Shown: piece after piece, positions 14,640 through 26,400 of the stretch
How positions within the stretch are numbered: position 1 is the stretch's first letter
Layout of the letters: each line of letters starts with the position of its first letter
NCBI GenBank assembly: GCA_039096225.1
Contig: JBBPEB010000017.1
Span: forward strand, 372,001 to 436,000
DNA from: Blastocystis sp. Blastoise
Lineage: Eukaryota; Protista; Bigyra: Opalinata
Direction of reading: 5' to 3'
Length of the DNA: 64,000 nucleotides
Notes under the pieces: model-generated
What the model was told of the DNA's origin: nothing
The model's database searches: none
The model's input: only the letters and a program-made list of their open reading frames with translations
Made by a program: the position numbers and the translations under genes

Positions 14640-15998
14640 ATGGATAAATTATCATCTTTTATTAATCAAAATAGTAAATATCCTATTATATTAGGATCTA
14701 GTTTTAATCCAGACTCAGAAAACAAAAAATTATTAAGATATAAATTCAAACCCAACTCAATAAATGATTCTAGTCCTTCCTTAATTCAAAGAACCGATGA
14801 AGATGAAGTAATGATCACACACACATGTCAAGATATTCTAGAAAATCCAAAAAAGTTCAAAGGAAGTATCCAACAATCTCAAAAGAACAATTATGTTTTA
14901 TCTTTCAATGGCAGTTCCTTTATTCTTGATAAAATTAATAGTACATATACTAGTCTCCAACAAGAACCACCTGAATATCCAGAAAATGAAAACAAGACTA
15001 TTTCCCTCTCTTCAATTTCTCTTCCTTTTTTACCATCATCAATTTCTCAGTATAAATTAAAACGCAGAAAAGAATTGGATGTTCATTCAATAGATACAGA
15101 TCAAATACAATCAATGTCAAATACTCCTCAAACTCAAGTAGCTACTTCAAATGAATCAGAGTATATTAATTATTATTATTCATATTCTTCTATATTACTA
15201 TCTATACATTCATGTATTTCTATATATATATATATATAGAATAACGACGCTTAAAGAAGACACATCATTCATCACAAATCAGACTAATTCAGCTCCTGCT
15301 GATTCTCATTCTCAATCAACTGATTCTCTTCATAATAAAGATACTTCTATTCCTCTGGTAATATCGTCAACATTGAATCAGTCACAAACACAATCTATAC
15401 TTGCAACCATTGATACAAATCAACCCAATTTAAATCCATCTGTGTCTCCAACATTATCTGATACTAAAGATCTCCTCTCTACAAATATACTTCCTGGTAT
15501 GTTTTCTTATCCTTTTCTTCTATCTATACCCTCTATTCTTACTCTATCTCTTTCTTTTAGTATCTACTTCCAGTATAACTACTCCTACACACTCTGAAGT
15601 AACGACGATTTCCCGTGAAAAACAGAACTCTTTCTCTCAAGACAGTCCTCCTCAGAACACAAAAGATATTATATCTCCAGTAAACAATACTCTCTCTGTC
15701 TCCTCTTTATCTTCACCGAAAGACACTACAAATCAAATCAAATGTATATACATATTATTATTCATTATATATCTAATACTTTTTATTAGCTGACGATGAC
15801 TCTGACGACTCTTTTTTCATGGGGGTTCAAGTATATATATACATATACTATTTTTATTATTCATTATGAATTTATCTATAGACCAACAACAAACAAATAT
15901 CAAGTACTATATATCTCTTTTCTTATCATCTATATATGTTTCTATTATTAACAAATTATTAAATATCTATAGATAATGATGATGATGATGATTTTTAG
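14640..15998 (+). CDS. ELL-associated factor (EAF) family protein
   Basis: YPIILGSSF..LRYKFKPNSI..FKGS..YVLSFNGSSFILDKINS matches the EAF N-terminal domain. A low-complexity Ser/Asp tail ends in TAG at 15996-15998. Confidence 0.7.
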
Positions 15999-16404
15999 GG
16001 AATTACGACTTCATTTCTATTTCATTTATGTTAAAACACTGTATATTCTCCTTCATATATCTCTCAATCAATCTTATACTTACCGTATCCCATCTTTGCA
16101 TATATGTTTAACTGCGTAAATAATAAAGAATCAATCCTCATTTCTATTCAATTATCTTGGTAATTATTTATTGTTTTGGATTTATTCATCATATATTATA
16201 TTTTTTGTGACTACTTATATTCTAGAATTAATTTTTATATATTTTTTCACTCGTTTTTAATACAATACTCAAGTCTAATAACAAGTTTCAGATCATAAAT
16301 ATTTCATACAAAAATTTTTATAGAATATTTAATTCTTAGTCATATACCATTTCTATAAAAATATTTTTATTCATTCATGTGTTGTAAAGAAAACGAAAAA
16401 GTAC

Positions 16405-16539
16405 TTTTATATGTTTTATTTATGTTTTCGTTATGAACAATTTGTTTTGTATATTAAAAAAAAAGTTGAAAAAGTGCTGTAACTTTCACAACTTGTTGCA
16501 ACTCTTTTTGAAACTTTTGTTACCTTTTGAGCCACTCTA
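16405..16539 (-). mobile_element. Degenerate relic of a hAT 3' terminus (inverted copy of 16596-16730)
   Basis: Reverse complement reads TAGAGTGGCTCAAAAGG...GAAAACATAAATAAAACATATAAAA. The last 25 nt are identical to 16706-16730. Confidence 0.8.
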
Positions 16540-16595
16540 ATAGTATTATGACAATTAAATAAAAAACAAAAAACATAAATACTCAAAGTGTAAAA

Positions 16596-17564
16596 TAGAG
16601 CGGTTCAAAAGTTGTGACAAAAGTGGCGACACAGTTGCGACAAGCTGTGAAAGTTGTGACACTTTTTAAACATTATTTTTATAAACAAAGCAAATTTTTA
16701 ATAAAGAAAACATAAATAAAACATATAAAATATAAATTATAAATTAATTAAGAAATAATTTAGTCAAGATTGATCTCTGAAACATTACTAAAAGTAGATA
16801 AATTATCAAAAGAAATAGATAAAATATCATCAATAAAATCAGATAAAACACTATTTGAATTGAAATTTGTACTTTTTTCTTCATTTTCATGTTCATTTGT
16901 TATTAATTCATTATCATCTACAATTGTCATTGAAGAATCATTAATTGTAGTATCTATTTCATCTTCAATAATAATTGAATTATTTTGAATTGAAACATTA
17001 TCTGTTTGTGGATTCATATAGAAAAATAAATCTCTAAACAAATTTTCATCAGAATAACCAAATTTCTTCTTTGTAAATAAAATATTCATAAAAGAGAAAG
17101 ATCTTTCTACACTAACAGTAGTAGAAGGTAATTGAAGAATGAAAGGAATTATTTTAGAAATAGTAGGAATTTGTTTAAGAAGAGGAAAATAGAATTTTAT
17201 CATTTGTTCTTAACTTACCATGTTTTGAGTAAAGCATTCATTTTATTTCTTCTCATTATCAATAAAATATTTCATTTTTGAAACACATAATAAATAATCT
17301 TTCTTTTCTATATTTGTAAATTCAGATAAAGTGAAAGAAGGAAATGAAGAAGACATCAAGAAAGGATTGAAATGTTTTACTTCATTATAAAATATCATTT
17401 GTTTCTTATTCATTGTTTTGATTTCTTTCAATTTTAATAATGTATTCGTAAAACCTATATAAAATAATAAATGAATAATAAATAATAAATATACTTTTCT
17501 TATATTCTTGAATAAATGAAGATTGAACATTTGATAAATTATTTTCTTCACATATTTCATTCAT
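16596..17564 (-). pseudogene. 3' part of an autonomous hAT element: TIR at 16596 plus transposase C-terminus (dimerisation domain), disabled
   Basis: TIR TAGAGCGGTTCAAAAG at 16596. LQLPSTTVSVERSFS is the hAT catalytic-Glu motif. In-frame TAA stops at 17243 and 17210, and a 40-nt GT-AG intron at 17455-17494. Confidence 0.85.
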
Positions 17565-17606
17565 AGATCAATTGATATAATTATAATCAAATGGAAGAAA
17601 AATAAT

Positions 17607-19239
17607 TAGAGCGGTTCAAAAGTTGCGACAAAAGTTGCGACAAGTTGCGACAAAAGTTGCGAAAAAGTTGCGACAAGTTGCGACAAAGTTGTGACAAGTT
17701 GCGACAAAGTTGTGACAAGTTGCGACAAAGTTGTGACACTTTTTATATCTCATTTGTAAGCCATATATTTATTATTTTATAAATTTATATATATAATTAT
17801 AGAGAGATTTACATGATGATTACATAAATAATTTTTAAATAAATTAAAAATGAGTTTAATACTCTTAATAAGCGTTTTAAACACTAAAAATTGAATTTTT
17901 AAAGTCAAATTTATTCTATAAATATCGTTATTTTAATCATTTTAACAATCTTTTAACGATTTTAAAAATATTATATTATTTTTATATTATAAGAATAGTG
18001 CTATTAAATATAAAAAGTTAAAAATTGAATGTCATAGATAGAGCGGTTCAAAAGTTGCGACAAAAGTTAAGATAAGTTAAGACAGTTGCGACACTTTTTA
18101 TATGCTATTTGTAAGTCATATATTTATTATATTTTATATTTAAATATATAATTATAAAGATATTTTCATGATGATTACATAAATAATTTTTAAATAAATT
18201 AATAATAAGTTTAATAACCTTAATAAGCGTTTTAAACACTAAAAAAATGAAATTTTTGAAATTCATAAGAAAAATTCATTAGATAAATATACTTATTTTA
18301 ATCATTTTAACAATCTTTTAACGATTTTAAAAATATTATATTATTTTTATATTATCAAAATAATCTTATTAAATATAAAAAGTGAAGAATTGAATGTCAT
18401 AAAAGCTTCATTGAAGATAAAATGAGCTCATTAAGTATAAAATATTTTTAAAATGATTCATTTCTTCATAATGAGCTAATAATGAGTTATTGATAACATA
18501 TATATTCAAATAATTTCATTTCATCAAAATTCAATTTTTAACATTCTTCCTTAAACATCATATAATGAATTATTATGATATAAATATGTATCTATATGAT
18601 AATTAAAAATCAATTATAAATATAATAATCTTAATTAGATGATAAAATGAGTTGATAAAAAATAAATCATTTCAAAAAGATCTAAAATCAATGTATTAAT
18701 GAAATCATTCACATTATCAAATACTATAAATAATACAAACTATGATTTCAATTGAAAATGGAGAAATAATTAGTAGAAAATAAAAATGAAATTCATTTGA
18801 ATTGTCATTAAAAAATTGAATTTCAAAAATGAGTGAAAAATGGATTTATCCCGTAAATAAATCAAATTTTTGACTGGAAAAAAATTATTCAAAATATTTT
18901 GAATTCTTTCTTTAATTCATTTCATATGATCTTTTCATTTTTATAAAATGAAATTTGGTATATATATTTGCCGATACTTAATTCATATAATGAAATATTG
19001 TATTCTATAAAATATTTAATTAAATAAATGTATAAATGAAAAGTTGTGACAAAGTTGTGACAAATTGCGACACTGTATTCTTTTTTTAAACAAGTCTTTT
19101 TTAATTGCCAAATTAATAAAATAATCACGGTACTCTCGCCATTATTGTTGGTAAAAAAAGTTGCGACAAATTGCGACAAGTTGCGACAAGTTGTGAAATT
19201 TGTCGCAACTCGATTTGTCGCAACTTTTGAACCGCTCTA
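17607..19239 (+). mobile_element. Non-autonomous hAT element (MITE copy A, 1633 bp)
   Basis: TIRs TAGAGCGGTTCAAAAGTTGCGACAAA at both ends, perfect 8-bp TSD AAAATAAT (17599-17606 and 19240-19247), GTTGCGACAA subterminal arrays, and an internal TIR at 18039. Confidence 0.95.
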
Positions 19240-19671
19240 AAAATAATATAACGAGAATGATTAGTGTAAATCATCTGAAAATATAATCAATCTCAAATAG
19301 TGTCATCAAACTCAAATGATTAAGTCAACTCAATTGATTCATATCAAACTCAAACAATAGATGTTTTTTGGATAAAACGAGTTTGATAAAGAAAAAAGTG
19401 TAACATTTGATTTTATTTGATTTGATTTCAATCAAATTGATTGATTAATATAAAAACGATTGTAACATATAAAATGAGTAAACAAAGAATTTTGTAAATG
19501 TGATTGATCTCATTCAAAGTCAAATACATTTTATAATTTGTTTATCATTTTCAACAATAAAACAAATATATATTTATATAAATATTATAAAGAAAAACAA
19601 TAAAATAAATAAAATATATAAAACGTATTAAAACAAGTGAAATGATGAAAACCAATTTATTAAATAAAATA

Positions 19672-22600
19672 CTAATTTACAGGACCAGAAAGAATTGAAT
19701 CTTGACTATCATTCCAAAAAGTAGATGGAATAACAGGAGAAGAAGATCTACTTCTAGGAATATTTGAAGATAATCCCATATTTCTTAAATATCGATGTTG
19801 AGCTTCTAAATGATTTTGAGATTGTCTTCGATTTGCTTGTTTCATTTCATTAAGAAATGCTTTATAAATCACTGATTCATTTTCTCTTAATGGACTACTT
19901 TCAATTGTTGAATTTGTAAGATAAACTAATCCTTTTATATAATCGTAATAAGTATCCTGTTTCATTTCAAATCTTTGAGATGAAATCAAAAATTTCTTTG
20001 TTAATCTTCCAAAATAATTTTCTACTAATAATCGATGTTTATTAAATGTTTTATTAATAGATGATGAAGAATTAGATGAATTTGAAGAAATATTTTGAGA
20101 ATTATTTAGAGCGGTTCAAAAGTTGCGACAAATCGAGTTGCGACAAATTTCACAACTTGTCGCAACTTGTCGCAATTTGTCGCAACTTTTTTTACCAACA
20201 ATAATGGCGAGAGTACCGTGATTATTTTATTAATTTGGCAATTAAAAAAGACTTGTTTAAAAAATGAATACAGTGTCGCAATTTGTCACAACTTTGTCAC
20301 AACTTTTCATTTATACATTTATTTAATTAAATATTTTATAGAATACAATATTTCATTATATGAATTAAGTATCGGCAAATATATATACCAAATTTCATTT
20401 TATAAAAATGAAAAGATCATATGAAATGAATTAAAGAAAGAATTCAAAATATTTTGAATAATTTTTTTCCAGTCAAAAATTTGATTTATTTACGGGATAA
20501 ATCCATTTTTCACTCATTTTTGAAATTCAATTTTTTAATGACAATTCAAATGAATTTCATTTTTATTTTCTACTAATTATTTCTCCATTTTCAATTGAAA
20601 TCATAGTTTGTATTATTTATAGTATTTGATAATGTGAATGATTTCATTAATACATTGATTTTAGATCTTTTTGAAATGATTTATTTTTTATCAACTCATT
20701 TTATCATCTAATTAAGATTATTATATTTATAATTGATTTTTAATTATCATATAGATACATATTTATATCATAATAATTCATTATATGATGTTTAAGGAAG
20801 AATGTTAAAAATTGAATTTTGATGAAATGAAATTATTTGAATATATATGTTATCAATAACTCATTATTAGCTCATTATGAAGAAATGAATCATTTTAAAA
20901 ATATTTTATACTTAATGAGCTCATTTTATCTTCAATGAAGCTTTTATGACATTCATTTTTTCACTTTTTATATTTAATAAGATTATTTTGATAATATAAA
21001 AATAATATAATATTTTTAAAATCGTTAAAAGATTGTTAAAATGATTAAAATAAGTATATTTATCTAATGAATTTTTCTTATGAATTTCAAAAATTTCATT
21101 TTTTTAGTGTTTAAAACGCTTATTTTAGGTATTAAACTTATTATTAATTTATTTAAAAATGATTTATGTAATCATCATGAAAATATCTTTATAATTATAT
21201 ATTTAAATATATTTTATAATAAATATATGACTTACAAATGAGATATAAAAAGTGTCACAACTGTCTTAACTTTTTCGTAACTTTTGTCGCAACTTTTGAA
21301 CCGCTCTATCTATGACATTCAATTTTTCACTTTTTATATTTAATAACATTATTTTTATAATATAAAAATAATATAATATTTTAAAAATCGTTAAAAGATT
21401 GTTAAAATGATTAAAATAACGATATTTATAGAATAAATTTGACTTTAAAAATTCGATTTTTAGTGTTTAAAACGCTTATTAAGAGTATTAAACTTATTTT
21501 TAATTCATTTAAAAATTATTTATGTAATCATCATGTAAATCTCTCTATAATTATATATATAAATTTATTATATAATAAATATATGGCTTACAAATAGCAT
21601 ATAAAAAGTGTCGCAACTTGTCACAACTTTGTCGCAACTTGTCGCAACTTTTTCGCAACTTTTGTCGCAACTTGTCGCAACTTTTGTCGCAACTTTTGAA
21701 CCGCTCTAGAATTATTATTATTTTTTTCTGAAACTGAAGAAATAGAATCAGAATTAGAATTATTATTATTTCGATTTATTTGAGAATTATTTATAGATAT
21801 TTGATTAGAAGAAATATTTTGAGAATTATTATTAGTTCAAGAAGTAGAAATTGAAGATGATTTGATCCAGGAGATGTTAATAATTCATCTCCACCTCCAA
21901 CATATCCTTCATCAGCTAATATATATAATTCTTCATTGCTACTATTATTATCTTCTCCATATTTATCATGAATCATATTTCTTAAACCATTTATTATCAC
22001 ATTTCTATATGTTCGATACATTATTACATCATGAGAAGAAGCAGGATGTCCAGGACTAGCATAAACACAATATCCATTATGATTAATAATAAATTGAGAA
22101 TTCAATGCAGTTTTCTTATGTTTATAAGAATAATATTTTTTAACATCAATTCCATTATTAGAAATATTTCCAAATAATTGATGTCTTCCATCAATCACAA
22201 ATGTAGAATTCAATACTTTAGGAAGAGAAGAAAGTATTCTTGAATCAATTCGATCTAATTTCATATTAAGTTTAGGAACATCAAAATTTGATGAAAATTC
22301 ATTGAAACACATTCCAATTGAATGAATTCCTCTTCTAAGAGCTGTATGAATTTTTGATAATTTGATATGAAATTGAGTAGCTAATTTATTTCCAGAAATT
22401 GCTAATCTATACCACATAAGAGTAAAAAATATTGCTTGATTCGCAGGAAGCATTGTTGATGAACACATTCCATAATGTTGAAGAGCTATGAAAAAATATT
22501 TAATACATATTTAATAAAATTAATATAAACATAATATTTTTTCTTAGATAAATCATTAGTAATATTGTATAATAATTATTTAAATAAAAACAAAAATTAT

Positions 22601-22995
22601 TAGATAATGATTGATACTATATAAAATTTATAATTTTATAAAATAATAATATATATATTATATATACCTTGTTGAAGAATAATCATAATTTTATCTTCAT
22701 TAAATCCTGTTAGATTGAATAGATTGACAGATGTATTGAGTTTTGATAATAGTGTAAATGGAATCAAAGTAATTTCTTCTTCTTCATCATGATCTGGATC
22801 ATTTTCATAATCAGCTACAAAAATATCTTGAATTTCTTCTAGAGTATCTTCAACATAAGTAGAGTTGAGATCTGTGATAGATCTTCTATGAAGTTCTGAA
22901 AATGTAGGTATTGAAGTAGGTATTGATTGAACTAAACCATTTATTCCTTGTTCATTTATTTCATTACTACTTTGTACAGGTCTTCCTCTTGGCAT
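19672..22995 (-). pseudogene. DDE_Tnp_4 (Harbinger/ISL2EU-like) transposase, interrupted by MITE B
   Basis: Exon 1 at 22995-22668, intron at 22667-22486. Then FVIDG, YYSYKHKK, ASSHD and YILADEGY; after removing 20107-21716 the sequence continues to HRLLVENYFGRL. There is also a frameshift near 21860 and an in-frame TGA near 21838. Confidence 0.9.
20107..21708 (-). mobile_element. Non-autonomous hAT element (MITE copy B, 1602 bp, inverted relative to A)
   Basis: Same TIRs, perfect 8-bp TSD GAATTATT (20099-20106 and 21709-21716), and an internal TIR ending at 21308. Confidence 0.95.
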
Positions 22996-23722
22996 TTGTC
23001 TAAATAATTAAAAATAGCATTAATTAAATAAATATATAATTTATCAAAAATAATTTTAAAAATAAAAACAAATTTTCAATAGTAAACTAATTGAGACCTC
23101 ATAATAGTATAAAGATGATGAATAAATATTAATATATAATATGAATATGAAACAAACTTTAAAAAATCGTAATGAGAAGTAAAAAACTTCATTTATGAGT
23201 CTATATATATGTACATACAATGAAATCAAAAAGATAGTAAATATTAACTATATCAAAGAATATCTATTAAGCTATATAATATAAAAATATATATAATAAC
23301 GAAATTTCAAATTTATTGATCTTTATCAAATTGCAATAATCATGAATATTTACAAAAATTGTTATAAATTTCGGTTATTTTCATCAATTTGATAATATCT
23401 CATAAAAACGTGTTGATTTTTGTCAACTCATCTGACGCCAAATGAAAGAGAAGAAATAAGTATCAAGTATAACAATTTGATTGGTTTATCAGTCCTACCT
23501 TTGATTCCCTATTTTCTCTTTTTTATATAATCAACTCCATTTGCTCTTATTGATTGGCTTATTAGGTTTATACAATCAAATAGTTTAATCAATCTTTAAT
23601 GACTTTATTTTTTTACAATTATTTTTATTGTTTGGGTTTGATTTATTCAACTGTGTTTGATTATAATCAAATCGGATAATCATTACTTTTTTTAATTTGA
23701 TTTAATTTATACAAATTGATCT

Positions 23723-24629
23723 ATTAATGAAGAATGTTAAAAATTGAATTTTGATGAAATGAAATTATTTGAATATATATGTTATCAATAGCTCATTATT
23801 AGTTCATTATGAAGAAATGAATCATTTTAAAAATATTTTTATACTTAATGAGCTCATTTTGTCTTCAATGAAGCTTTTATGACATTCAATTCTTCACTTT
23901 TTATATTTAATAAGATTATTTTGATAATATAAAAATAATATAATACTTTAAAAATCGTTAAAAGATTGTTAAAATGATTAAAATAAGTATATTTATCTAA
24001 TGAATTTTTCTTATGAATTTCAAAAATTTCATTTTTTTAGTGTTTAAAACGCTTATTAAGGTTATTAAACTTATTTTTAATTTATTTAAAAATTATTTAT
24101 GTAATCATCATGAAAATATCTTTATAATTATATATTTAAATATATTAAATAATAAATATATGAATTACAAATGAGATATAAAAAGTGTCACTACTGTCTT
24201 AACTTGTCTTAACTTTTGTCGCAACTTTTGAACCGCTCTATCTATGACATTCAATTTTTCACTTTTTATATTTAATAGCACTATTCTTATAATATAAAAA
24301 TAATATAATATTTTAAAAATCGTTAAAAGATTGTTAAAATGATTAAAATAACGATATTTATAGAATAAATTTGACTTTAAAAATTCAATTTTTAGTGTTT
24401 AAAACGCTTATTAAGAGTATTAAACTCATTTTTAATTTATTTAAAAATTATTTATGTAATCATCATGTAAATCTCTCTATAATTATATATATAAATTTAT
24501 AAAATAATAAATATATGGCTTACAAATAAGATATAAAAAGTGTCACAACTTTGTCGCAACTTGTCACAACTTTGTCGCAACTTGTCGCAACTTTTTCGCA
24601 ACTTTTGTCGCAACTTTTGAACCGCTCTA
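23723..24629 (-). mobile_element. Truncated hAT MITE (copy C) inserted in the hAT transposase
   Basis: Collinear with B from about 20790 onward, with TIRs ending at 24240 and 24629. The other end is replaced by the Harbinger-like element. Confidence 0.9.
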
Positions 24630-25400
24630 ATTTTGTATTAATAAAACCATCTTTTAGTTTTTCAGCTACTAGATTAATCATATGCATAAAACATCCACAA
24701 TAAATTCCATCACTAAAAATCGATTCATAATTATTACCAGCATTTCGCATAGTATTACAGTTATCAGTGTGAAACGATTTGAATTGTTTTCTTTTAATGT
24801 TCCATTCTTCTAATGTATCTTGAATGATAGAAAGATAATTATTCGATTTTTGATTTTCCATTCTTTTCAAGTTTATTAAGTAGAAAGGTTCATTCAAATT
24901 GAAAGTATTCAATCTTCTTACGATTATTGATAAATAATTAGAACCAGCATCTGAAGTAGAAGAATCACATAGAACAGCTAGAGGACATTTATCTATACTC
25001 ATTTTTACATATTGAAGACGTTCATCATACAATTTAGGAATAATTCGTTTTTGAATAGTATTATAACAAGGTATATTATTATTATTCATTTCAAATATAT
25101 TTTTCAATTTCATTCTAAATTGAAGTTTCTTAAATTTATTAATAGGAATACATTCTTCCAAGAATAATTCTATTAATTTTTCAAATCTTATATAATTCAC
25201 ATTAGATTCAATTATTCTATTTTTAATATTAGTTTTCTTTACAGAAGATACAGTAGCAGACTTTTCTTTCATGAATGAATTCATATTAGAAATATGCATA
25301 TCAGTATTGAGATGTTTATTAATCGAAGATAATCTTTTATGATCTACAATACAATTACAATAAATACAACGAAGATGATTATTCTTTGATATAAAACTAG
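24630..25400 (-). pseudogene. N-terminal/central part of the hAT transposase with a CGGBP1-like zinc finger
   Basis: LRCIYCNCIVDHKRLSSINKHLNTDMH (C2H2 finger), AVLCDSSTSD (1st Asp), SFHTDNCNTM (2nd Asp) and CFMHMINL (CxxH). The frame is cut by MITE ends on both sides. Confidence 0.9.
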
Positions 25401-25525
25401 AAGCGGTTCAAAAGTTACGACAAATCGAGTTGCGACAAATTTCACAACTTGTCGCAACTTGTCGCAACTTTGTCGCAACTTGTCGCAACTTTGTCGCAAT
25501 TTGTCGCAACTTTTGAACCACTCTA
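25398..25525. mobile_element. Minimal ~128-bp hAT element made only of the two termini (copy D)
   Basis: TAGAAGCGGTTCAAAAGTTACGACAAATCGAG...TTGTCGCAACTTTTGAACCACTCTA. The flanks do not form a TSD. Confidence 0.85.
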
Positions 25526-25548
25526 ATTATAATTATCTCAATTGATCT
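25526..25548 (-). mobile_element. Orphan terminus of a second Harbinger-like copy
   Basis: Reverse complement AGATCAATTGAGATAATTATAAT matches 17565-17587 at 22/23 positions. Confidence 0.7.
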
Positions 25549-26400
25549 TAATAATATTAACATATTATATTATATTTAAAAACAATTAGCACAATCAAAA
25601 TAGAAGTATAGAAAAATGTTTTCTTTTCAAATCTTTCTTTATTAACTTTTCAACCTTTAAAGGCAATATGAATGCCATACAACTTATCAAGAAATTCCAA
25701 TAAAAATAATTTATAAAAACATAATTTTTCTTTTCTACAATGAAATAAGAAAATCTGTTAGTTATTAAATATATGGTATAATAAAGTTACATAAGCTATT
25801 TTTGCTTTATCATAACATGCGTTATCACTTTTAGGTAATCTCTTTTACATATTAAAAACATATGCTTTATAATTATTCTAAATTTTTATCATTATATATA
25901 TATCAACTTTAAACAAAATGTTTGACCATATATATTATTTTCAAGTAGAAAACATTAAAATAAAGTAATTAACTTTTTGCCAGTATCTAAATACGAATCA
26001 GAAAAGAGAATGAGTATTGAAAAATAGTAAAATATATCAAAGCAGTAAAAGAGTCTTGATTAATTAAGAAATCATCAATTTTCTATTTTCAAATAAGAAT
26101 TGTATAATTTTCAGTGGAACAAAAGGTGTGGCATGTCATTGCATATTATTGAAGCATCTTGGCTATTATTTGATGCTAGTAATTATCGACATTAATTAAT
26201 GAAATGTGATTAAAAGCTTAATCAAGTTAACGCTACTAATATAGATACAAAATAAATAAGAAATAGAAGAGAAATTTAAATAGAAAAAAGCGCATCCTGT
26301 TCTTTTGAATGATAAAAAAGAATTAGTGTTTTTTGTTGTTTATGTAGTGTTTATTCGAAAGATTTGTTCTTTTATTGCAAGTGAATACAAACCAAAGAAT

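Larger units (their letters stand above)
17565..23722 (-). mobile_element. PIF/Harbinger/ISL2EU-type DNA transposon, about 2.9 kb after removing two nested MITEs
   Basis: Imperfect TIRs AGATCAATTGATATAATTATAATCAAAT / AGATCAATTTGTATAAATTAAATCAAAT (23/28 matches), AT on both flanks, and a DDE_Tnp_4-type gene inside. Confidence 0.75.

Noticed and set aside
17607-17740. GTTGCGACAA arrays as a CRISPR array or telomeric repeat
   Set aside because: There are no unique spacers and no cas genes. The arrays lie within or next to hAT termini bounded by 8-bp TSDs.
18922-20424. Twin 85-aa ORFs (MSQFVATFF...) as a duplicated gene
   Set aside because: They start at TTG inside the MITE subterminal repeats and are duplicated only because MITEs A and B are copies.
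24520-24629. SCDK-repeat C-terminus of the 259-aa ORF as a protein repeat
   Set aside because: It is read-through of the transposase frame into the TIR and repeats of MITE C.
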